The notes below the pieces were generated by a model. It was not told the origin of the DNA. It searched no databases and saw only the letters and a program-made list of their open reading frames with translations. Made by a program: the position numbers and the translations under genes. Shown one piece after another: positions 20,468-29,780 of a stretch of 64,000 nt of DNA. Location: the NCBI GenBank assembly GCA_963555825.3, contig CAUVXB020000001.1, forward strand, positions 416,001 through 480,000. The letters run 5' to 3'. Each line of letters starts with the position of its first letter. The stretch's first letter is position 1. The stretch is from Alphaproteobacteria bacterium. Lineage in GTDB: Bacteria; Pseudomonadota; Alphaproteobacteria; JAAXGF01.

Positions 20468-21607
20468 ATGAACAGATCAATTGATGATTTTTACGGCGCC
20501 GAGGCGCTGGCGCGGGTCAGGGGCGACAACGGTCTGGCGAGCCGGCCGCCGACGGTCGCCTACCGCGACACCGACTACCTGAAGTTCGAATACGACCGCT
20601 GGCTGAGCCGGACCTGGCTGTTCGTCGGGCGGGCGCATGAATTGCCCAACCCGGGCGACGCGAAGCCGGTGCCCGGCCCCCCTTATTTCCTGATCCGCAA
20701 CGGCGCCGGTGTGGTCAACTGCTTCCACAACGTCTGCCGCCACCGCGGCAGCGCGTTGATCGACGGTCCGTGCCACAACAAGGACACGGTGGTCTGCCCG
20801 TACCACGCCTGGACCTACGACCTCGACGGTAAACTGGTCGTCGCGCCGCATTTCGGCGGCCACCGGCGCCACACGGCCGACGGCTTCGATCCGGCCGAGT
20901 ACGGCCTGGTCCCGGTGCGCTGCGAGCAATGGCACGACTGGCTGTTCATCAACATCGGCGGTGCGGCCGAGCCGCTCGCCGACTTCGTCGCGCCGCTCGC
21001 CGCCAAGTTCGCCGACGTCGACTTCGGCCGGCTCGATCATTACCTGACGATCGACGTCGGCCGCGTGCCGGCCAACTGGAAGGTCTGCGTCGAGAACACC
21101 ATGGAGCCCTATCACGTGCCGGTCGTCCACAAGGAGAGCGCGGCCGGCCAGCCGCTGGCGCTTCACACCATGGTCGCCGACGGGCCGGTCACCGGCTGCG
21201 CGATCGACATCGAGGGCTCCGACTACACCAACGCGCCGGGCGACAATTCGCTCGACAACCTCGACATGAGCGCGCGCTATCTGCTGCGCGCGCCCAATTT
21301 CTTCCTGACGTCGTACGCGCCCGACAAGATGATCGACACGATGATCGTGCCCGATGCGCGCGACCCGGCGGTCTGCTGGCTGCAGAACGCCTGGTACACG
21401 ACCTCGGGCGCGACGCTGAGTGCGGCCGAAGTCGAGCAGTGGCGCGTGCTCGAGGAACGGGTAGCCGCCGAGGACATCGGCGTCATGGCGGGCGTGCAGC
21501 AAGGCATGGCGTCGCCCATTGCCGACGACGGCGGCGTGCTCTCGCCGGCCTTCGAATCCTGCCTGACGGCGTTCTACGGCAATATGCTCGAGGCGTTCGA
21601 CAGCTGA
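20468..21607 (+). CDS. Rieske ring-hydroxylating oxygenase alpha subunit (choline monooxygenase-like)
   Basis: CRHRG and CPYHAW Rieske motifs; ENTMEPYHVPVVH...ED iron ligands. Confidence 0.88.
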   Translation: MNRSIDDFYGAEALARVRGDNGLASRPPTVAYRDTDYLKFEYDRWLSRTWLFVGRAHELPNPGDAKPVPGPPYFLIRNGAGVVNCFHNVCRHRGSALIDGPCHNKDTVVCPYHAWTYDLDGKLVVAPHFGGHRRHTADGFDPAEYGLVPVRCEQWHDWLFINIGGAAEPLADFVAPLAAKFADVDFGRLDHYLTIDVGRVPANWKVCVENTMEPYHVPVVHKESAAGQPLALHTMVADGPVTGCAIDIEGSDYTNAPGDNSLDNLDMSARYLLRAPNFFLTSYAPDKMIDTMIVPDARDPAVCWLQNAWYTTSGATLSAAEVEQWRVLEERVAAEDIGVMAGVQQGMASPIADDGGVLSPAFESCLTAFYGNMLEAFDS

Positions 21608-21720
21608 TCTCGAAGGCGTGCCGTCGGCCGGCACTGTTCGGCACGCCGCGCGGTTGCTAACATGGCCGCCCGGCTGCGGCGCCGCCGTACGCCCGAACAC
21701 CAGCAACCAACGGACGCAAC

Positions 21721-22242
21721 ATGGAAACCGTCGTTCAAGAATGGGTCGACCAGATCGTCGCCTTCGTGCCGCAGATTGGTTTTGCCCTGCTGATCTTCCT
21801 CGCCTTCTGGCTCGCCGCCAAGCTGATGCGCCGCGGCGTGCGGCTCGCGCTCGCCTCGCTCGGTGCCGACCGCCTCGAGGTCATCAAGCTACTCGCCAAC
21901 GCGGCGCACGCGGGCCTCATGGTGTTCGGCGCGATCACCGCGCTCGGCACCGTCGGCATCGACGTCACCGCGCTCGTCGCCTCGCTCGGGCTCGCCGGCT
22001 TCGGTCTCGGCTTCGCCCTGCGCGACGCGATCTCGAACGTGCTCGCCGGGGTGATCATTCTGATGTACCGGCCCTTCCGGGTCGGCGATCACGTCTCGAC
22101 CGGCGGCCACGAAGGCACCGTTGTGGGCATCGACCTGCGCTACACGACCATCGATTCGGACGAAAACCGCTACCTCATCCCCAACTCGAACCTGCTCTCG
22201 CGGCCGGTAATCCTGCCGCGCGCGGCGGCGGTCGCGGCATGA
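21721..22242 (+). CDS. Short MscS-family mechanosensitive channel
   Basis: GLAGFGLGFALRD.ISN..AG, RPFRVGD, IPNS. Confidence 0.85.
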   Translation: METVVQEWVDQIVAFVPQIGFALLIFLAFWLAAKLMRRGVRLALASLGADRLEVIKLLANAAHAGLMVFGAITALGTVGIDVTALVASLGLAGFGLGFALRDAISNVLAGVIILMYRPFRVGDHVSTGGHEGTVVGIDLRYTTIDSDENRYLIPNSNLLSRPVILPRAAAVAA

Positions 22243-22370
22243 TCCGGGCGTAGCGGAAATTTTGCCTCACCGCGCGGGCCCATCGGGGTAGGCTTGTTGC
22301 GCCTGGATTGATGCAAGGGGGTGCCATGAACAGTGAACGCGGTTTTGCCGTCGATGTCGGGTGAGCCGAC

Positions 22371-24161
22371 ATGACGGCCGCGCAGGCGACGATCTTCGGC
22401 CTCTTGGCGGGCGTTCTGGTGCTCTTCATTTGGGGGCGTTGGCGTTACGACATCATCGCGCTGGCCGCGCTGCTCGTCGCCGTGGTCACCGGGCTGGTGC
22501 TTCCCGGTGACGCCTTCCTCGGCTTCGGCCACCCGGCGACGGTGACCGTCGCCATGGTGCTGATCATGTCGCGGGCGCTGTCGAACGCCGGCGTCATCGA
22601 CATGATCTCGCGCCATGTCAACCTCGCGGCCGAGCGGGTCATGCTGCAGATCGGCGCGCTGTCGAGCCTCGGCGCCGTGCTCTCGACGGTGATGAACAAC
22701 GTCGGCGCGCTGGCGCTTCTGATGCCGGTCGCCATGCAGGCGGCGGGCAAGGTCAAGCGATCGCCGGCGCTCCTCCTGATGCCGCTCTCCTTCGGCTCGA
22801 TCCTGGGCGGCCTGGTCACCATGATCGGCACGCCGCCCAACATCATCATCGCGACGTTCCGCGACAAATCGGCGGGCGAGCCGTTCGGCATGTTCGATTT
22901 CACGCCGGTCGGCGCCGTCGTCGCGCTGGTCAGCTTGGCCTTCGTCGCCACCGTCGGCTGGCGGCTGATCCCCGCGTCGCGGCGCAAGACGCTTTCGGCG
23001 GCCGAGCTATTCGACCTCGAGGACTATGTTTCCGAGGTCAGCGTGCCCGAAACTTCACCGATCATCGACAAGACGATGCTCGAGATCGAGGACATGATCG
23101 AGGACATCGACGCGCTCATCGTCGGCGTCATCCGCAAGGGCCGGCGCGGCTTCGGCGTCGCGCGCCGCGAGCCGGTCAAGGCCGGCGATTTTTTGGTCAT
23201 CGAGGCGTCGCCCGAGAACATCGACGGTCTGATCAAGGAGCTCGGCCTCGAGATCGTTGGCGTCGAGGGGCCCAAGACCAACCTGCTGGTCGCTGACGAC
23301 GTGGCGCTGATGGAGGCGGTGGTGCCGCCGCGCTCGCGCATCGAGCGGCGCAGCGCCAATCAGATGCGCCTGCGTCGCCGCTACGGCGTCAACTTGTTGG
23401 GTGTGTCACGGCAGGGCCGGCCGATCCGCCAGCGCATTCACTCCTTGGCGCTGCGGGCCGGCGACGTGCTGCTTTTGCAGGGCGACGCCGAGCGCCTGCC
23501 CGAGGTGATCGCCGCGATCGGCTGCCTGCCGCTCGCCGGGCGCGGGTTGCAAATGGGCCGCGGCCGCCAGGCGTGGTTCTGTGGCGGCCTGTTCATCGCG
23601 GCGATCGCTGCCGCGACCAGCGGGCTGATGTCGTTCCCGATCGCCATTTCGATCGCGGTCGCGGTGGTCGCCTTCCTCAAGGTCGTGCCGCCGCGCGAGA
23701 TCTACGAGAGCGTCGACTGGCCCGTGGTGGTCATGCTCGGCGCCATGATCCCGGTCGGCGAGGCGCTCGAGACGACCGGCGCCACCGGGCTGATCGCCGG
23801 CGGCATCGTCGATCTGGCGGGCGATGCCTCGCCGGTCGTCATCCTGGCGCTTTTGATGGTCGTCACGATGACGCTTTCGGACATCATGAACAACGCCGCG
23901 ACCGCCGTCGTCACCGCACCCGTCGCGGTCGCCATCGCCGATCAGCTGGGCGCCAACCCCGATCCCTTCCTGATGACCGTCGCGGTCGCCGCGTCTTGTG
24001 CGTTTCTGACGCCGATCGGCCACCAGAACAACATGCTCATCATGGGGCCGGGCGGCTATCATTTCGGCGACTACTGGCGCATGGGGCTGCCGCTCGAGGT
24101 GATCATCGTCTGCGTCTCGATCCCGATGATCCTGTGGGTCTGGCCGCTCTGGCCGCTCTAG
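22371..24161 (+). CDS. SLC13/DASS family permease with TrkA-C domains
   Basis: MNN motifs, IGTPPNII, FLTPIGHQNN...GGYHFGDY. Confidence 0.9.
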   Translation: MTAAQATIFGLLAGVLVLFIWGRWRYDIIALAALLVAVVTGLVLPGDAFLGFGHPATVTVAMVLIMSRALSNAGVIDMISRHVNLAAERVMLQIGALSSLGAVLSTVMNNVGALALLMPVAMQAAGKVKRSPALLLMPLSFGSILGGLVTMIGTPPNIIIATFRDKSAGEPFGMFDFTPVGAVVALVSLAFVATVGWRLIPASRRKTLSAAELFDLEDYVSEVSVPETSPIIDKTMLEIEDMIEDIDALIVGVIRKGRRGFGVARREPVKAGDFLVIEASPENIDGLIKELGLEIVGVEGPKTNLLVADDVALMEAVVPPRSRIERRSANQMRLRRRYGVNLLGVSRQGRPIRQRIHSLALRAGDVLLLQGDAERLPEVIAAIGCLPLAGRGLQMGRGRQAWFCGGLFIAAIAAATSGLMSFPIAISIAVAVVAFLKVVPPREIYESVDWPVVVMLGAMIPVGEALETTGATGLIAGGIVDLAGDASPVVILALLMVVTMTLSDIMNNAATAVVTAPVAVAIADQLGANPDPFLMTVAVAASCAFLTPIGHQNNMLIMGPGGYHFGDYWRMGLPLEVIIVCVSIPMILWVWPLWPL

Positions 24162-24176
24162 CCGAGGGAGACGAGC

Positions 24177-24626
24177 ATGTCCGACCGCATGACCGCCTAT
24201 CGCGTCCGCTGCGACTGCGGCAACATCGAGATGACCTTCGAGACCGCCAAGACGCCCGAGACGCTCGGCGTGCGCGCCTGCGACTGTTCGTTCTGCGCGG
24301 CACGCAACTGCCGCTCGATCAGCGACCCCGACGGACGCGTGCAGATCCGCGTGCGCGACGCCGCCAAGCTCAGCCGCTACCGCTTCGGGCTGAAGACCGC
24401 CGATTTCCTGGTCTGCCGCGAGTGCGGCGCCTACACCGGCGCGTATTTCCCCGACGATGACCGCCGTGGCTACGCCATCATCAGCGCCAATTACCTGGAG
24501 AAACCGCACGGCTTCATCCAGGAAGCGACGCACATGGACTACGACGCCGAGACCGCCGAGGAGCGCCGTGCCCGCCGCCGTATACGCTGGACGCCGGTCG
24601 CGTCATTCACCGAGGGCGCGGGCTAG
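24177..24626 (+). CDS. GFA/CENP-V-like protein
   Basis: CDCG, RACDCSFC, LVCRECG. Confidence 0.8.
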   Translation: MSDRMTAYRVRCDCGNIEMTFETAKTPETLGVRACDCSFCAARNCRSISDPDGRVQIRVRDAAKLSRYRFGLKTADFLVCRECGAYTGAYFPDDDRRGYAIISANYLEKPHGFIQEATHMDYDAETAEERRARRRIRWTPVASFTEGAG

Positions 24627-24650
24627 TCGGTGCGTGAACGCTCGGCAACC

Positions 24651-25616
24651 ATGACGCCCACCGCGATCGGCCAGACGGCCGAGGGGCCGGTGGTGTTGTG
24701 GCGCGATCTCGGCAATCTCGATCTGGATCAACCGTTCTTTCGCGGCGCGGTCGAGAGGGCGCAGCGCCTGTCGGGCGACCCGCAGGTCCCGTTCCGCGCC
24801 GCGCCACCGCTGCGCACCGGGCTGGACGCCTTGGCCGAGGCAGCCGCGGCCCGCTCCGGCCTGCCGCTCGCCGGCCTGATTTTCCACATGACCCATTGTG
24901 GTTCGACCCTGATCAGTCAGGCCCTGGGCAGCCTGCCCCAGGTCCTGGCGCTCGGCGAGCCGGAACCGGTCGGCGATCTCGCGACGCTCGCCGGGACGCT
25001 GCCGGCGGGGCAGGGGGCGGCGGCGTTGCGCAATCTCGTCGGCGTCCTCGGCCGCGCCCGGCGCGCGCCTCAGCGACACATGCTGATCAAGGCCTGGAGC
25101 CCCTTGGCGTGCCACCTTCCACTGTTCCGCGAGGCCTGTCCGGCGACGCCCTGGGTCTTCGTCTATCGCGACCCGGTCGAGGTTCTGGTCGCACTGCTCG
25201 AAAGCGGCGGCAGCCTCCTCGCGTTGCAGGGCGACGCCGCGCGGGCGGCGTCGCTGCTCGGGCTCGACGGCGACCGGTTGGATGCCATGACGGTGACGGA
25301 ATTCGCAGCCCAGGCATTGGCGCGCATTTGCGACGCGGTCGTGGCGGCGGCCGACGGCGCCTGTCTGGTGGTCGACTACGACAGCCTGCCCGCTGCGATT
25401 TGGCAGCGGATCGCGCCGCATTTCGGCATAGAATTGGATGCCGGCATGCGCGACCGCGTCGCCCAGGCGGCGGGCCGCGACGCCAAGAGCCTGGGTCGCG
25501 CCTTTCGTCCCGACGGCGCGGCCAAACGCGCTCGCGCGAGCGCCGAGGTTTGCGACGCCGCCCAGCGCTGGGTCGCACCGGCGTTTGAGCGTGTCCGCGC
25601 GTTGCCGCAGGCGTGA
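24651..25616 (+). CDS. Sulfotransferase-like protein
   Basis: GLIFHMTHCGSTL (5'-PSB-like) and WVFVYRDPVEVL (3'-PB-like). Confidence 0.7.
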   Translation: MTPTAIGQTAEGPVVLWRDLGNLDLDQPFFRGAVERAQRLSGDPQVPFRAAPPLRTGLDALAEAAAARSGLPLAGLIFHMTHCGSTLISQALGSLPQVLALGEPEPVGDLATLAGTLPAGQGAAALRNLVGVLGRARRAPQRHMLIKAWSPLACHLPLFREACPATPWVFVYRDPVEVLVALLESGGSLLALQGDAARAASLLGLDGDRLDAMTVTEFAAQALARICDAVVAAADGACLVVDYDSLPAAIWQRIAPHFGIELDAGMRDRVAQAAGRDAKSLGRAFRPDGAAKRARASAEVCDAAQRWVAPAFERVRALPQA

Positions 25617-25634
25617 GATTGGGGAGCCATCGAC

Positions 25635-26189
25635 GTGACCGAGATGATCTATGGCGTGAAGGTTAAACAGGGGCTGTTCTCGGCCGATGAATGCGCCCGG
25701 CTGATCGCGCTCGATTATCCCATGGAGCCATCGCAGGTCTCCGATGCCGGCCCTTCCGACGTCGTCAACCCGACCGGTAAGACGGCTGAATACAAGCTCT
25801 TGCCGCTCGAGCCCGCGACCGAATGGATCTATCAGCGCCTCTCGCAAATTCTCCAGGCGAGCGGCGCCTTCGGCTTCGCGGTCGAAGAGATCAGTGCGTC
25901 CCTCAAGGTCCAGAAGTACGCGCCAGGCGGCTTCCACGCCTGGCATACCGACATCGGCAATCCGAAGAACACGCGGCGCAAGATCGCCATCTCGGCGCAG
26001 CTCTGCGGCCCGGACGACTACGACGGTGGCGAATTGCAGTTCTTCGACCACCCCGATCCGGTGGTCGGGCCGAAGGATAAGGGCTGCGCCATCTTCTATC
26101 CGGCCTTCCTGCCGCACCGCGTCACCGAGGTCACGCGTGGCACGCGCTACGCCCTGACCGCCTGGTGCCTGGGGCCGCCGTTCAAATAG
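25635..26189 (+). CDS. 2OG-Fe(II) oxygenase (prolyl-hydroxylase/PKHD-like)
   Basis: WHTD, YDGGEL, HRVTEVTRGTRYAL.AW. Confidence 0.88.
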   Translation: MTEMIYGVKVKQGLFSADECARLIALDYPMEPSQVSDAGPSDVVNPTGKTAEYKLLPLEPATEWIYQRLSQILQASGAFGFAVEEISASLKVQKYAPGGFHAWHTDIGNPKNTRRKIAISAQLCGPDDYDGGELQFFDHPDPVVGPKDKGCAIFYPAFLPHRVTEVTRGTRYALTAWCLGPPFK

Positions 26190-26200
26190 GCCGGTCGTGT

Positions 26201-26330
26201 TTACGTATAATTCGATCGATTGCCGTCGATCGGATAATGCCAGCCCGCGACTGCGGGCCGCCGCCCCTGCGGCGAAAGCATGCGCGGCGATTGAGCGCAG
26301 GTCATCTTTACAGCGTAAAGGTGACCGCAC
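26201..26330 (-). repeat. Structured intergenic repeat, copy A (inverted relative to 33938..34091)
   Basis: Reverse complement aligns with 33938..34091 across three hairpins. Confidence 0.8.
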
Positions 26331-26336
26331 AATGAG

Positions 26337-26918
26337 CTACTCGGCTACGACCTTCTCGGCAAACACCAGAAAGCGCAGCGGGCCGCCGGTGGTCAGCGCT
26401 TCGAACGGGTAACACGTCGCCAGGACGAGCCTTGGGACTTCGCCAACGGGGTCGAGGCGGGTGCTGCGCGAATCGACGATGTCGGTGGCGGTGACGCGAA
26501 AGCGATGCGTCGTGCCGAACCGGTCCTCGACCAGGATATCCTCGCCCGGCGCGATGTCTTTTAGGAAGCGGAAATGGGTGTCGCGGTGGCCGCCGATGAT
26601 GGCGGTGCCGGGTTGACCGGGCAGCACCGAGCCGTCGACATGGCCCGGCCCCCAGGCCAGCGTGCGGCCGCTGCCGCCGGCCAGCGCGGTGATCCGCTTG
26701 CCGTGCGTTGGCACGGTGATGCGCGCGACCGGCCAGGTATCGGCCCAGGGCCACGGCTTGGCCCTGTGCTCGCCGTCGAGCGTGCGCGCCCAGGCGCCGT
26801 CGATCAGCGCCTGGCCGAGCCAGGCCTTGGCGTGGATGTAGCCGGCCTCGGCGAACTGCCATACGCCGAGCGCGATGAACAGCGCGCCGAGGCCGGTGGC
26901 GAGGCGTCGGCGCGCCAT
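26337..26918 (-). CDS. Class GN (marine proteobacterial) sortase
   Basis: YIHAKAWL, PWPWADTWP, GHRDTHF, LATCYPF; ATG overlaps the upstream stop. Confidence 0.9.
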   Translation of the reverse strand: MARRRLATGLGALFIALGVWQFAEAGYIHAKAWLGQALIDGAWARTLDGEHRAKPWPWADTWPVARITVPTHGKRITALAGGSGRTLAWGPGHVDGSVLPGQPGTAIIGGHRDTHFRFLKDIAPGEDILVEDRFGTTHRFRVTATDIVDSRSTRLDPVGEVPRLVLATCYPFEALTTGGPLRFLVFAEKVVAE

Positions 26919-29185
26919 CAGGCCCGGCGCCGCCACACACCGAGGACCGTCAGGCCGAGCAGCACGAGCGCCACGCCCGCCAGCAGATGCATCGGCGCCG
27001 GCGTCGCGCCCTGGGGCAGCCCGAGACCCGTCACCACGCCGATCTGGGCCGGCGGCTTGGCCGCGACCATTGCCATCGGTTCCATTTCCGCCGACATTGA
27101 GGACGCGTTCGTCTGGGGCGAGCTGGCGTCCTGCTGGTCGGGCGCCTTCAGCTTGAGCGCCTCGCCGAACACCTTGTCGAACTCCCAGCCCTCGGGCAGG
27201 TTGGTCGGCATCTCCTGGCTCGATAAGGGCTGGTCGAGTGGCCGCGTTGGCGTCACGTCGACGGCCACCAAACTGGTGTATTTGGTCACCAGATGGTGCT
27301 TGAGGCCGAGCGTGACGACACCGGCGCGTACCAGGGCCGGGTCGGCACCCTCGTGCAACTGGTTCATCAGCCGATCGATGCGGTCGCGCGCCCACAGGTT
27401 CGCGGTGCCCGGCGCCGGCGCGCTGTCGGCAAGTTCCAGCTCGGCGCGCCAGCCCTGTTGGCCGATGCGGCCGGTGATCGCAATGCCGCCCTGCAGGGCG
27501 CCGACCCTGGCGGTCAACACGACGGGCTCGCCGGCGTAGAGGTCGGGCACGATAGCGGTTGATGTCTCGGCCTCGATGCCGTCCGGCCAGGTGATCTTGA
27601 GGTCGGTCAGTACCGGCCTCTCGAGCTTGGCGAACAGCTCGCCCATACGCTCGGCGACCTCGTCGATCTGGCCGATATAGGTGAAGGTGCCACGGCCGAC
27701 TTCCGCCGCCTTCGACATGAAGAAACTGTTGGGCGCCGAGCCGATGCCGACGGTGAACAGACGGCTGTCGCCCAGCCCCGCCTCGATGACGCCGAACAGC
27801 TCGCGCTCGTTGCCGACCGCGCCGTCGGTCAGGAAGACGATCTGACGGAAGAAGCCGCGCGGCGCCGTGCCGGCCAGCGCCTGGTGTAGCGCCGGGCGCA
27901 TGTTGGTGCCGCCGTCGGCGGTCAGGCGCTGGACATAGCGCTTGGCCTGACGGCGCGTCTGCGCGTCCATCGTGCGGGCGTCGCGGTAGAGCGACGAGGT
28001 GTTGTTGTTGAACTGGATGACGTTGAAGCGGTCACCCGGCGCCAATCTGTCGAGCGCCATCCCGAGAGCGGCTTTGGCCTGGCTGATCGAGGTGCCCGCC
28101 ATCGAGCCCGAGGTGTCGATCACGAAGATCACCTCGCGTGGCAGAGTGGGCGCCTCGTCGCCGGCCGGCGCGATACTCGGCGGCATCACCATCAAGAGCA
28201 GGTAGTGTTCACCGTCGAGTGCCTCGGTGAACAGCCCGGCGCCCGGCGCCGCGCCGACGACCGGCGTCCAGACCAGCTCGAAATCGCGATCGGCGGGCAC
28301 CGCGCCGTCCTTCAGCTCGACGACGTACTCGTTGCCCGCCTGCTCGGTCACGGTGACGTCGTGATAGGGGCTCGCGACGTCGGCGAGCGGGAAGCCAGGC
28401 GCCAGCGTAATTCGCAGGTGCACCGGGTTGATCTTGCCGAACTCGGGGCGCAGCACCGGCGGCGTGATGCGGTCGGCGTCGGGCACCCGGTCGGTGCCGG
28501 CCAGCCAGCCGGCGCCCGAGCCGTCGTAACTGACGACCTGGACGTTGCCGGGGATGTAGCGCGGCCCGATGACCATCGGGAAGCGCAGGCTGAAAGCGCC
28601 CTGGTCGTAGCGCAGCACGTGCTGGTATTCGATGTCGATGGTGACCTCCTCGCCGGGGCCGATGTTGGCGATCGAGGTGGTGAAGATGTTGGGCCGCTCG
28701 CCTTCCAGCAGGCCGGCCTTCTTGCCCTCGCTCTTGGCCTGCTCGTAAACGCGCCGCGCCTCCTCGCGCTCCTTGATCTGGCCCTCGATGACGCGATCGC
28801 CGACGCGCAGCAACAGGTGGTCGACGGCGGCGTTCTCGGGCAGCGGGAAGACGTAGATGCCTTCGACCCAGCCCTGGCTGGGGTTGAAGAAGGTCTGGCT
28901 GACGCGGGCGCGCGCGACCAGGCCGCCGACCGTGATCTCGACGTTCGCCGCGACGCGCGGCGCGAGCAGCAGCGACTGGCTCTCGTCGTCGACGATCAAC
29001 AAGCTGCCGCGCCCGATGTCGTCGAGCTTAGCCGACGGCAGGATCTCGGCGAGCGCGAGGACCGGCTGGCCCTGCGCGGCGCCGACGCTCTGGGCCGCCA
29101 TCGCGGTACAAAAAAACGCCGCCAGCATGATGGCTGCGGCGTGGATGAAGCGGCTACGGACTCGTGACGTCAATACGGCGGCCAT
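26918..29185 (-). CDS. Marine proteobacterial sortase target protein (VIT + vWA domains)
   Basis: VIT (EGIYVFPLPENAAVD), MIDAS DTSGS and LTDG, C-terminal LPQGAT + TM + RRRA. Confidence 0.9.
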   Translation of the reverse strand: MAAVLTSRVRSRFIHAAAIMLAAFFCTAMAAQSVGAAQGQPVLALAEILPSAKLDDIGRGSLLIVDDESQSLLLAPRVAANVEITVGGLVARARVSQTFFNPSQGWVEGIYVFPLPENAAVDHLLLRVGDRVIEGQIKEREEARRVYEQAKSEGKKAGLLEGERPNIFTTSIANIGPGEEVTIDIEYQHVLRYDQGAFSLRFPMVIGPRYIPGNVQVVSYDGSGAGWLAGTDRVPDADRITPPVLRPEFGKINPVHLRITLAPGFPLADVASPYHDVTVTEQAGNEYVVELKDGAVPADRDFELVWTPVVGAAPGAGLFTEALDGEHYLLLMVMPPSIAPAGDEAPTLPREVIFVIDTSGSMAGTSISQAKAALGMALDRLAPGDRFNVIQFNNNTSSLYRDARTMDAQTRRQAKRYVQRLTADGGTNMRPALHQALAGTAPRGFFRQIVFLTDGAVGNERELFGVIEAGLGDSRLFTVGIGSAPNSFFMSKAAEVGRGTFTYIGQIDEVAERMGELFAKLERPVLTDLKITWPDGIEAETSTAIVPDLYAGEPVVLTARVGALQGGIAITGRIGQQGWRAELELADSAPAPGTANLWARDRIDRLMNQLHEGADPALVRAGVVTLGLKHHLVTKYTSLVAVDVTPTRPLDQPLSSQEMPTNLPEGWEFDKVFGEALKLKAPDQQDASSPQTNASSMSAEMEPMAMVAAKPPAQIGVVTGLGLPQGATPAPMHLLAGVALVLLGLTVLGVWRRRA

Positions 29186-29780
29186 GAACGCCCCCTTAGT
29201 TGCGGCGGCGTCGGTCTTGGCGTTCAGCCCGACCGGGCCCCCTGGTGAACGTGGCGAGGCGAAGGCTGACACGACAATGGGGCGTCAAATCGGACAGAAT
29301 GTGACGAAGTCGCGATAGATCACGGCGAAATTGCGTCCGCGCGGACCGATGCGTGGTGGCGTATTTGCGCTATCATGCGACGGCGGACGACACGACGATC
29401 TACCGTCAGGGGAGGGTCGGATGGCATTGCATTTCAGCCGCGAGGAATTCGCCGAACGGCAGCGCAAGGCGAGCGCGGAGATGGCGGCCCAGGGGCTCCA
29501 CGGCCTGCTGATCTTCCGTCAGGAGAGCATGTATTACCTGACCGGCTACGACACCGGCGGTTTCTCGATGTTCCAGGGCATGTATCTCGGCGCCGACGGT
29601 GCGCTCGGTCTCGTGACGCGCTCGCCCGACCGCACCCAGTCGCGCATAACATCGGTCATCGAAGACGTGCGCATCTGGGTCGACAGCGAGGACGCCAACC
29701 CGGCCGAGGACGTCCGCGACATGCTCGGCGACTACGGCTGTCGCGGCCGGCGCATCGGCGTCGAATACCACGCCTACGGC

